From assembly GCA_965219385.1 (NCBI GenBank), contig CBDCNM010000002.1:3544305-3608304 (forward strand): DNA of 64,000 nucleotides, written 5' to 3'. Positions 55,487-64,000 of the stretch are shown here, one piece after another. Source of the DNA: Candidatus Latescibacterota bacterium (GTDB lineage Bacteria; Latescibacterota; UBA2968; UBA8231). A program made the translations under genes and the position numbers. Under the pieces are notes generated by a model. That model made no database searches, was not told the DNA's origin, and was given only the letters and a program-made list of their open reading frames with translations. How positions within the stretch are numbered: position 1 is the first letter of the stretch; each line of letters begins with the position of its first letter.

Positions 55487-56418
55487 GAGGCCGTCTGAAA
55501 ACCATGTTTATTCTAAGCGAGTCGTTTGAGTAGCAAGTAAATCATGGCGATCTGAATCAACGCTTCGCTGTGGCGGGTCAACACTTCATAATCTCGGGCA
55601 TGCCGACGAAAGTTCATCAACCACGCAAAGGTTCGTTCGACCACCCACCGTCGTTTGAGCGGTGTAAATCCATTTCCTTGTTTAGCGACGACTTCCAAGT
55701 CGATCTTATGCGTCTTTTTTAAGTCGGCTACCCACCCTTTGAGATCGGCTCCCGCAGAGCCGCCATTGACCCACAGCTTACGTAGCCTAGGTAGGCCGGG
55801 CGCAACATAGCGGGTCAACACCCGCTTCAAGCCGTCCCGATCGCCCACATCGGCGGCGGTGACTTCCACCGGCCGGATCCATCCCAAGGTATCTACCACC
55901 AGGTGACGTTTGCGTCCTTTGATCTTTTTGCCGGCGTCATAACCGATTGTTTCTCCTTGGGTTGCCGTCTTGATGGTCTGGCTATCGACCCCGCCGGCCG
56001 ACGGGGTCGATAGCCGACCCTGCCGGCGGCGTTCCCGCTGGGTGAGTCGATCCAATATCGGCGGCCAGACCCCTTGTAGGCTCCAGCGGCGAAAGTAGTC
56101 ATACACCGTTTTCCACGGCCCCAAACTCGCGGGTAACAAAGCCCAAGGACAGCCGGTCTTGGTCAGATACAAAAGACCATTGATGATCTGGCGTGGATCC
56201 CGCCGCGGGCGGCCCGGCCCGCCAGGAGGCCACGTCGAGGCGGGTAGTAACGGCTTGATTAGACGCCATTGCGCATCGGTTAGATCGGTGGCATATTCGT
56301 CGGCAGGCGTACTCATCATAGGGGCCTTTCTATTCAGATTTTGTGGTGAAACCTGAATATGGCCCGATGAGTACGCCGATTCAAATACGGGCTACATCAA
56401 GAGTTTTCAGACGGCCTC
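55487..56418 (-). mobile_element. IS5-family (IS1031 group) element (transposase 55513-56319)
   Basis: 16-bp IR gaggccgtctgaaaac; TSD TGA; YATDLTDAQW, GYDAGKKIKGRKRH, RWVVERTFAW. Confidence 0.93.
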
Positions 56419-56963
56419 TGAGAAAGCGCCGTGTATAAGGCGTCCAAGCAAAAATAGCCATCCAACGTGTTGGACAACGCCCAGGCCAGGACATAGCGAC
56501 TATACCAGTCGATGATCGCTACCAGGTACATGAAACCGGTGGCCATCGGAAGATAGGTGATAGCCGTCGACCATACCTGATTGGGGTAGCCGATGGGGAC
56601 CTGGTTCAATAGATAGGGATACACTTTGTGCTCCGGTTGAGCGACCGAGGTCTTGGGTTTCGGATAGAGCGCTTCAATCCCCATCGTGTGCATCAAGCGC
56701 TGGACCCGTTTGCGATTGACCCGGTAGCCGGCCCGACCCAGATAGGCACGGAGCCGTCTCGATCCTAAGAAAGGATGGCGCATATACTCTTCGTCGATCA
56801 AACGCATCAAATGCAGATTCTCTTCCGATTCTTGGGCGGGTTCATAGTAGTAGGCCGACCGGTGCAGGCCAACGAGTTGACATTGCCGACGCAGACTCAG
56901 CGTCGGATGACGCGGCTCGATGAGGGCGCGTTTGGCCTCAAGAGAGCTGGGTAGCTTTTTTTT

Positions 56964-57335
56964 GGCTCGTCAGTAGAATTCGTGGGTGAATTGTGGCTCG
57001 GGTAAATCGCCAAGCTGATGGAATGAAGCGATTTGGAGTGCCTTGAAGGTGCGGCATCCGAATGCTTTTCTCACGGTCAGATTCCATTTCAGGTTCAAGC
57101 CCTCGACCATGGCGTTGTTGAACTGCTTTTTGGCCCTGAACCAATTGAGGATGAGCTCTCGATGACGGCGTAGCCTCTTGGCGATGTCTTTCATCGGTTC
57201 GATCTTGCTTCTCATCGTGCGGAAACACCAGCGGTTGAGGAATTTCTCAGCCCAGGCAGGGTAGGTGTAGTTCCAGAAGCGCTGGAAGTCCTCCTTGAGC
57301 AGGTAGGCTCTGACCGTCCGCAGGTTCATCTTCAC
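56964..57335 (-). mobile_element. ISL3-family 3' fragment
   Basis: GGCTC terminus; RAYLLKEDF, ILNWF, VEGLNLK, LPEPQFTHEFY. Confidence 0.85.
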
Positions 57336-57337
57336 TA

Positions 57338-58291
57338 GGCTGTGTACGATAAAAGGTTTTTGAGCCAAATACGGATGAAAGCGAGTATGATCATCGCCTG
57401 ATACCTGTCGGCGTGTTTTTCATATCGGGTGGCAATGCGTCGGTTTTCTTTGAGCCGTCCGATGAGTCGTTCCACCACATTGCGCTGCCGATATAAGTCC
57501 TTGTCGAATCCGATGGCCTCAGGGGGATACTCCCCCTGCCGATTTTTTCGATGGGCGATCACGGGCTTGGTTCGCCGTTGGCGCAGTTTCTCGCGGATGG
57601 ATTGACTATCATAGGCTTTATCACCGGCCAGGGCTTCAAACCGGGTGCGCTTGGGACCGGGTTTGCCTCCAATGGCCACTGAATCGAGCAAGGCGTCTAC
57701 CTGGGTGGATTCATGCTGCTGACCCGGGGTTATGGTAACCGTGATGGGCTTGCCCGCCCCTTCACAAAGGACATGAATTTTGGTGGTATAGCCGCCACGG
57801 CTTTGCCCAAGCCCCTGTTTTTGAAGGCTTTCTTCACGGCTTATGGAAACACCATTTATGTTTTTTTTGCCCCGGCGGCTGCTTTATGCGCCCGAACGAT
57901 GCTCCCATCGAGGGCGGCGAACGTAAAATCGATCTGATCCATATGGCGCGCTTGGGCTTCTAACGCATCCAGGATCTGTTGCCATAAGCCTTTTTGTTCC
58001 CAACGACGAAACCGGTCGGCCCCCGTGCTCCAAGGGCCGTACCGGGGGGGCAAATCGCGCCAAGGCGCGCCGGTGCGTAAAATCCAGAAAATGCCGTTGA
58101 GCACTTGGCGATGACTCCGATAAGGGCAGCCCGGTTTGCCCGACCGTTCGGCAGGTAACAACGGCTTTAGCAGGGCAAATTCTTCATCGGTTAAGTCGTA
58201 GCGGGCCATCGGTATCCCCTCCTTCGATTCAATGGTTGAAAGAGAGTATACCACGTCCCAATACTATTTCAAGCAATTATCGTACACAGCC
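57338..58291 (-). mobile_element. IS5-family (IS427 group) element with an orfA/orfB A-run frameshift
   Basis: Perfect 15-bp IR ggctgtgtacgataa; TSD TA; RYDLTDEE, WRDLP.RYGPW, GDKAYDS, RNVVER, RRIATRYEK. Confidence 0.92.
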
Positions 58292-58295
58292 TAGT

Positions 58296-59742
58296 CTCGA
58301 CTTTATCCATTTATGTAGCGTACGAGACGGTGTGTATCAAGCGGTTGAGTAGGCTTCGAGGGATTTTTATCAGGTCGTGTTGGTTGGGCAGGTTGGAAAA
58401 AGCCTGCCAGAGCCGTTGTCGGACCCAGGCCACGGCATCGGAAAAGGTGGGTTTTCGTTTGCCATACCAGGCCGTGGCATGGCAGGGGGAGGCGCTTTTG
58501 GGGGCCAGCCGATTGGCGATGAGGGCGACCAGACTAAACAAGGCCAAGATGACCGGCGTGGTCCGGGCAATGGCCCGCTCATTCCATTGGCGTTGGGTTT
58601 CCATGCCCAGATGGGCGCGGGCTTCCTCAAAGGTAGTTTCTACCGACCAGCGTTGGAGAAAATAGGTCAGCATTTGCCGAGGGGACAGACGCACATCGGT
58701 CGAGAGCAAGGCTTGGGGCGCGAAGCGGCCGGCCGGGTCTCGGATCAGCAGCCAGCGGAGGGGCACGGCGGGCAAGCCAGTGTGATACCACAGCGCCGTT
58801 TGGCTGTAGGTTTCCACTGTATAGGGGCCGGCGGCATACCACCGGTCCAGGGTGAGGGGGTGCCAAGGGGTAGTCGGATCGTTCAGGTGCTGCTGGAGGG
58901 TGGGCTGCCGGGCGCCTTTGCCGCGGGGGCGTCCCCGCGTGTGCGGCGTGCGGGTTGGTGGTGGGTCATACAGGGCCGCATCCAACCGCAAGCGGGTAAT
59001 CAGCCCCACGTGGGGCCGAACCGCGTCGAGAAAGGCCAAGGCGGAGAAGGTGCTATCGGCGACCACGACCAGCCGGCGGGTGGGCAGCCAGCGCGCTACC
59101 AGCTTGAGCATAGTCTGCCCCCGTTGCAACAGGGTGAGGGGGGTGCGCTGGCGCTGAGTATAGTAGCGGGCCGACGGACACAGCACACTCATAAAGGGTA
59201 AGGCCCAACTTCGATCCGCCCAAGGGATAGGCGCTACCAGCATCAACGACAGCCAGCGCAAGCCGCTAGCCTTGACCAGGTGGGGCCCACTCGAGCGGAC
59301 GGGATCCCGGTAGATGCCTCGGGCCCCAATCTGGGCGCCCCGGCGCCGCTCGATGGTCTCATCCAGGCCCAGGACCAGGGGCCCGTGGGGGGCAAAGGCG
59401 GCCACCAACGCCTGGAGGAGTAGCTTACTGCCGGCCAGGGGCGACCACACACAGCGGTTGAGGATCCGGTGGTAGGTTTGAAAGGTAGGCTGTTGGCTCA
59501 AGCCCAACACCTCCAACACGGCGCTGACCGTGCGTTTACCCGGGGCTAACAGCGCCCCGACCAACAGCGTCTGAGCCTGCGGCCAAACGCGGCTCGAAAA
59601 AAGGGGGGCAAAGGGCGACAAAATCGTTATTATATCTTTCGGCAGGGGGCTCATCGGTTTCTCCTGGGCTGTCGATGCTTGGATACCATCAACAGTACGG
59701 AGGATACCGGCCTCCTGCCATGCGCGTTTGGATAAAGTCGAG
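58296..59742 (-). mobile_element. IS701-like element, copy 3 (transposase 58311-59654)
   Basis: Protein identical to copy 1; 5-bp TSD ctagt at 58291-58295 and 59743-59747. Confidence 0.92.
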
Positions 59743-59745
59743 CTA

Positions 59746-60923
59746 GTGTTGCGTCGTATAAATAACTTTACGAGATGGTGGTCATGTCGTAGGTTTCTCT
59801 TACCACCCCTTCTGAAAGGAGAGATCTATGGCGATGGGGCGTCCGTTAACGCCGTTAGCGCTGAGTGCGTCGGCCCGAGAACAATTGGAATCGATGGCCC
59901 AATCACGGAGTCTTCCACACGGGTGGGTGCGGCGAGCGGAGATCGTCCTTTTGGCCGCCGAAGGCTGGCCCCATGAAGCGGTCGCTGCAGCGGTGGGTGT
60001 GACGCGCGCTACGGTGGGCAAGTGGCGCCGGCGTTTTCTCGAAAACGGACTCCATGGCTTGCATGATGAACTGCGTTCAGGGGCGCCGCGATCGATCACC
60101 GACGAGCAGGTGGCCGAGGTGGTATACAAGACGCTGAAGACCAAGCCCCAAAGACCGAACCCAGTGGTCGGTGCGCTCCATGGGCGCGGAAACCGGCCTC
60201 ACCAAGGACGCGGTGCATCGCATCGGGCGCACGTATGGTTTGCAGCCCCACCGACACAAGCACTTCAAGCTTTCCACCGATCCTTTCTTGGTCGACAAAG
60301 TACGGGATATCGTCGGCTTATACATGCATCCCCCCGAGCACGCCCTGGTTTTATGCGTCGACGAGAAGAGCCAGATCCAGGCGTTGGAACGAAGTCAGCC
60401 CCTGTTGCCCCTGGGCCTGGGCTACGTGGAAGGGGTTACGCACGACTACAAGCGCCATGGCACCACCACTCTGTTTGCCGCCCTGGACGTGGCCACCGGT
60501 GAAGTGATGACTCCGTGCAAGCCCCGTCATCGTCACCAGGAGTTCCTCCCGTTCCTACGCCACATCGAGGACAACGTGCCCCGCGGTCTCGACGTGCATC
60601 TCGTGGTTGACCATTACGCCACCCACAAGCATGCCAAGGTCAAAAAGTGGCTGGCGCGGCGCCCCCGATTTCACCTTCACTACACCCCCCCCTATGCTTC
60701 GTGGCTCAACCAGGTGGAGATTGGGTTCAACATCATCACGCGCCAGGCGGTTCGGCGGCACTCGTTCCGCAAGGTAAGAGAGCGCATCGAGCGCATCGAG
60801 CGCATCGAACGCTATACCGCCCAATGGAACGCCAACGCGCACCCTTTCGTATGGACGGCTACGGCCGATTCCATCCTCGCGAAAATCAAGAGACTTTGTG
60901 AACGAATCTCTACGACACAACAC
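59746..60923 (+). mobile_element. IS630-family element (two ORFs, frameshift)
   Basis: IRs gtgttgcgtcgta / tacgacacaacac; TA flanks; VDEKSQIQAL, HDYKRHGTTTLFAALD, SWLNQVE. Confidence 0.92.
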
Positions 60924-60925
60924 TA

Positions 60926-61487
60926 GGTCCCATTTTCCCTGTTCTGGATTTTCTCTCAAGGTGATGTAGCGGGGCTGCAGTCCGAAGATGTGGGCCTGGG
61001 CAGGGTACATCTCGTGAAAGGGCTGGAAGACCACCACCCCGTCCCCGGGCTCGCAAAGGGCCCGGAGCACGGAGGATACCCCCTCGGTGGCGCCGAGGAC
61101 CACGGTGATTTCGGTCTCGGGATCGGGATGGAAGTGGTAGAGGCGATGAGTGTAGTCGGCGATGGCCCGGCGTAGTTCGGGCAGACCAAAGGGGTAGGAG
61201 TATTGATTGAAACGATCCCTCGGGTTTTGCAAGCGGGCGAACAGGTCCTTGAGGGACAGATCCAGAAAGTCGCCGACGGCTTCTCCTCCCTGGCTCAATA
61301 CCTGCCTCAGGGTGAGGTCCTCGAAGGCTTGCAGGTGATCGTCGGTACCTCCGATCAGCGCCGCGATGCCGCCCCAGACCAGTTCGTAAAAGGGGGCCTC
61401 ATCGGTAAATCCCTGGGCCAGGTTGACGGCCTGGTGCTCGACGGCCAGCCGGGTCATGAGTCGGATTGAGGATTCTTTTGTTTCCAC
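60926..61487 (-). pseudogene. PLP-dependent class I/II aminotransferase, 3'-truncated by IS630
   Basis: ESSIRLMTRLA, VNLAQGF, QYSYPFGLPELRRAIA, GATEG; the PLP-lysine half is missing. Confidence 0.85.
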
Positions 61488-61655
61488 TGATGTTGCCCTT
61501 GATTTGTGCTGGAGAAAGTTGTATTTTTATATTCTGTCTGGCTACTTAAAATATAAATGGTTGTTTTTATAAAATTTATAGTATTAAAATTGAGATGGTC
61601 CACCAGCTCGCAACACGTGGTGCTCCCGGCGCCACCCTAACCAGCGGGATAGGAT

Positions 61656-62510
61656 ATGTACGATATTCAGGCTGACAGGGAAACTACCTTGCGTTCCTAC
61701 TTCGACGATATTGCGACATCCGAACCGCTGACGCGCGAGCGGGAGGTGGAACTGGCCGTTCGCATCAAAGCGGGCGATATGAAGGCGCGAGACGAGCTGG
61801 TGCAGGCCAACCTGCGCTTTGTCATTGACGTGGCCAAGCACTACCAGAACCGCGGCCTGTTGCTGGCCGACCTGATCGGTGCCGGCAACCTGGGTCTGAT
61901 GACCGCGGCTGAGCGCTTTGACGGCACCCGCGGCTACAAGTTCATCTCCTATGCGGTGTGGTGGATCCGCCAGTCCATCATCCAGACCCTGGCCGAGCAC
62001 GTGCGCACCGTGCGCTTACCTCTCAATAAGGTAAACCTGCTCAAGGACATCTCCAAGGCCTCGCATCGGCTGGGCCAGGGGCGCGAGGGAGGCGAACCCG
62101 GGATGGAGGAAATCGCCGCGGAAATGAACGTGCCGGCCGAAGTGGTTACGGATGCCGTGCTCAGCGCCCGGCCGGTGAGTTCCCTGGACGATGTCTTCGA
62201 AGACGACGACAAGCGCACCTTGTTGAGTCTGCTGGCCGACACCACCCAGGAGTCTCCGGACGCCGGTGTGATGCGCGACTCGGCTCGGGAGCAACTGGAG
62301 AGCGTGCTCGATAGTCTGGAAGAACGCGAGCAGCGCATCATCCGCCTCTACTTTGGCCTGGACGGCAAGGAAGCCCTCACCCTGGAGGAGATCGGCACCC
62401 TGATGGGCGTAACCCGCGAGCGGGTGCGCCAGATCAAAGAGCGGGCCCTGAGCAGACTCCGGCATCCGTCACGGCACGAGTGCCTGAAGTCCCTCGAAGA
62501 AGAGGTCTGA
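61656..62510 (+). CDS. Sigma-70 factor, RpoD/RpoS-like, lacking region 1.1
   Basis: ANLRFVIDVAK.Y, KFISYAVWWIRQSI, TLEEIG..MGVTRERVRQIK. Confidence 0.93.
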   Translation: MYDIQADRETTLRSYFDDIATSEPLTREREVELAVRIKAGDMKARDELVQANLRFVIDVAKHYQNRGLLLADLIGAGNLGLMTAAERFDGTRGYKFISYAVWWIRQSIIQTLAEHVRTVRLPLNKVNLLKDISKASHRLGQGREGGEPGMEEIAAEMNVPAEVVTDAVLSARPVSSLDDVFEDDDKRTLLSLLADTTQESPDAGVMRDSAREQLESVLDSLEEREQRIIRLYFGLDGKEALTLEEIGTLMGVTRERVRQIKERALSRLRHPSRHECLKSLEEEV

Positions 62511-63054
62511 GCAAGTCCCGGGCAGGTTAAAAACCCTCTCAACCCCCCCCGCCGGGCAATGCCCCACGATGGAACCTGACGAGCACCAGAACCCGGCGGT
62601 TGATTATCATTATCACCACCTCCTTTAAATCGCGGTTTCTCGATTGTTCCTGGTTCTACCGGATTTTGAGTTGGATGGTGAATAAATGAATTCCAGCGAA
62701 ACTCAAAAAACGATGCTCTCGTCCCGGAGTTCGGCCGCCTGTCACTACCTGGGCGGGTACGGCTGACTTCTCCAGAATCCTCGCAAGCCGCTAATTAAAG
62801 AGTGATGAGTGATGTCCTCCGAAAGGTGCCTGGTATCCGCTGCCAGCCGGTTCAGCTGAAGGGTCGCTACAACACCCATGCGGCCCTCATCACTGTTCTG
62901 ATGGCCGCCAGATCAAAAAGGTGGGCGCGTATTGAGAGCTTTTTTGAAGAGTGGATATTCAGCCACGACCTGTCCCCGCAGGAGGGTAAAAAACAAAAAG
63001 GGCACAATGCACAATAGATTTGCATCGCACCCTTTCTTTGCTATTGTCTTATGT

Positions 63055-63267
63055 TCAGGACAAAGCAACTACGTCTTGCGCCTGCGGTCCTTTTTGTCCC
63101 TGGACGACTTCAAATTCCACTGACTGCCCCTCGTCTAACGAGCGGTATCCCTCGCCGCGAACGGAACTGTAATGGACGAATACGTCGTCTCCGCCTTCGC
63201 GTGCGATGAAGCCAAAGCCTTTAGAACCATTGAACCACTTAACCGTGCCGGTCTCGCGCTCTGCCAT
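63055..63267 (-). CDS. Cold-shock protein (CspA family)
   Basis: [27 protein letters not shown]. Confidence 0.96.
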   Translation of the reverse strand: MAERETGTVKWFNGSKGFGFIAREGGDDVFVHYSSVRGEGYRSLDEGQSVEFEVVQGQKGPQAQDVVALS

Positions 63268-63551
63268 GGTAGATCACCCCCTTTCTATAGTGGATTGAGT
63301 TGGAAAGAGCGTTCCAAACCGGCCTCAGGTAGCGATCTACTTGCGTACAGATTAGAACGACTGCCAACAACAATGCGCCGATACTTCGACGCATCGGATT
63401 AAATATAAAGAAAACAAAGGAAACCACAAGGGGCTTGTGTCGCCCGGATGTTCCGGAGGCTACGCCGTGAGGCAATTTGTCCTTGATGCCCCAGGGACAA
63501 AGACTCATCTTTTTGCGGAACAAAGGGTTAAATTCTCATCAGGAGGTGGTT

Positions 63552-64000
63552 ATGACAGTGCACAACCTGGCCGGGTTGCTGGATCTCAGCGGCCAGGTCG
63601 CCCTGATCACCGGGGCCAGCCGGGGCATTGGCCGGGCCCTGGCCGAGGTTTTCGGCCAGGGCGGAGCCCGGCTGGCCCTGATGGCCCGGACTCCGGCGCC
63701 GCTGGAAGAGCTGGCGGATCGTCTGAACGCGGCGCACGGAGAGGATAAAGCCCTGGCCCTGGCGGCCGACGTGGCGGACGAGAGTCAGGTCAACCTGGCG
63801 GTGGAGCAGACCCTCCAGAAGTGGGGCCGTGTGGATGTCCTGGTCAATAACGCCGGTCTGATCAGCCTCGGTTCGGGGCTGCGGATGGAACTGGCCGAGT
63901 GGGAGCGGATCATCGGCGCCAACCTGACCGGGGCCTTTTTGTGCAGCCGGGCGGTGGTTCCGGTGATGGAGCGCCAGCAGAGCGGCCGGATCATCAATAT
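63552..64000 (+). CDS. SDR-family oxidoreductase (runs off the window end)
   Basis: RBS aggagg; LSGQVALITGASRGIG, DVLVNNAG, NLTG, GRIIN. Confidence 0.92.
   Translation, partial: MTVHNLAGLLDLSGQVALITGASRGIGRALAEVFGQGGARLALMARTPAPLEELADRLNAAHGEDKALALAADVADESQVNLAVEQTLQKWGRVDVLVNNAGLISLGSGLRMELAEWERIIGANLTGAFLCSRAVVPVMERQQSGRIIN

Larger units (their letters stand above)
54255..56963 (-). mobile_element. A different IS3-family element, interrupted by two IS5 elements and truncated by ISL3
   Basis: IR-like aagtggacccctttgtcaagacca; orfB pieces at 56422-56963 and 55183-55483 rejoin after removing the IS5. Confidence 0.85.

Noticed and set aside
60780..60806. gagcgcatc x3 as a functional repeat
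   Set aside because: Most simply a slippage duplication inside a degenerate IS630 transposase.
60555..61487. 310-aa aminotransferase fusion ORF
   Set aside because: The C-terminal part is read-through into the antisense strand of IS630.

Overview
Chromosomal window from a GC-rich diderm bacterium. The gene repertoire and protein C-terminal motifs suggest an FCB-related candidate phylum such as Latescibacterota; this is inference only. (1) Housekeeping genes: hisC, a GT2 glycosyltransferase, mpl, galU, an acyl-CoA synthetase, an enolase-superfamily enzyme with two M19 dipeptidases, ilvBN, ppdK, parAB, an alternative sigma-70 factor, a cold-shock protein and an SDR. (2) A ~16 kb envelope cluster (9.6-25.4 kb): PorV/PorQ-like beta-barrel, 1084-aa TPR protein, ExbB/ExbD motor, DUF4159-like membrane protein, several lipoproteins, and three unrelated secreted proteins sharing a C-terminal [TA]x[IV]xxx[STA]W[GA]xIK motif. 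This is a candidate undescribed C-terminal sorting/secretion system. (3) About 19 IS elements or remnants plus a MITE, many with readable inverted repeats (IRs) and target-site duplications (TSDs), including a 2.9-kb IS1-family element carrying passenger genes and an ~11.5-kb nested IS stack. Transposases of many IS families carry numerous substitutions at normally conserved residues that are mostly explained by single A>C / T>G transversions. This could reflect repeat-targeted mutagenesis, a mutT-type mutator or a sequencing artefact. No rRNA, tRNA or CRISPR array was recognised. All family assignments are from motif recognition, not database searches.
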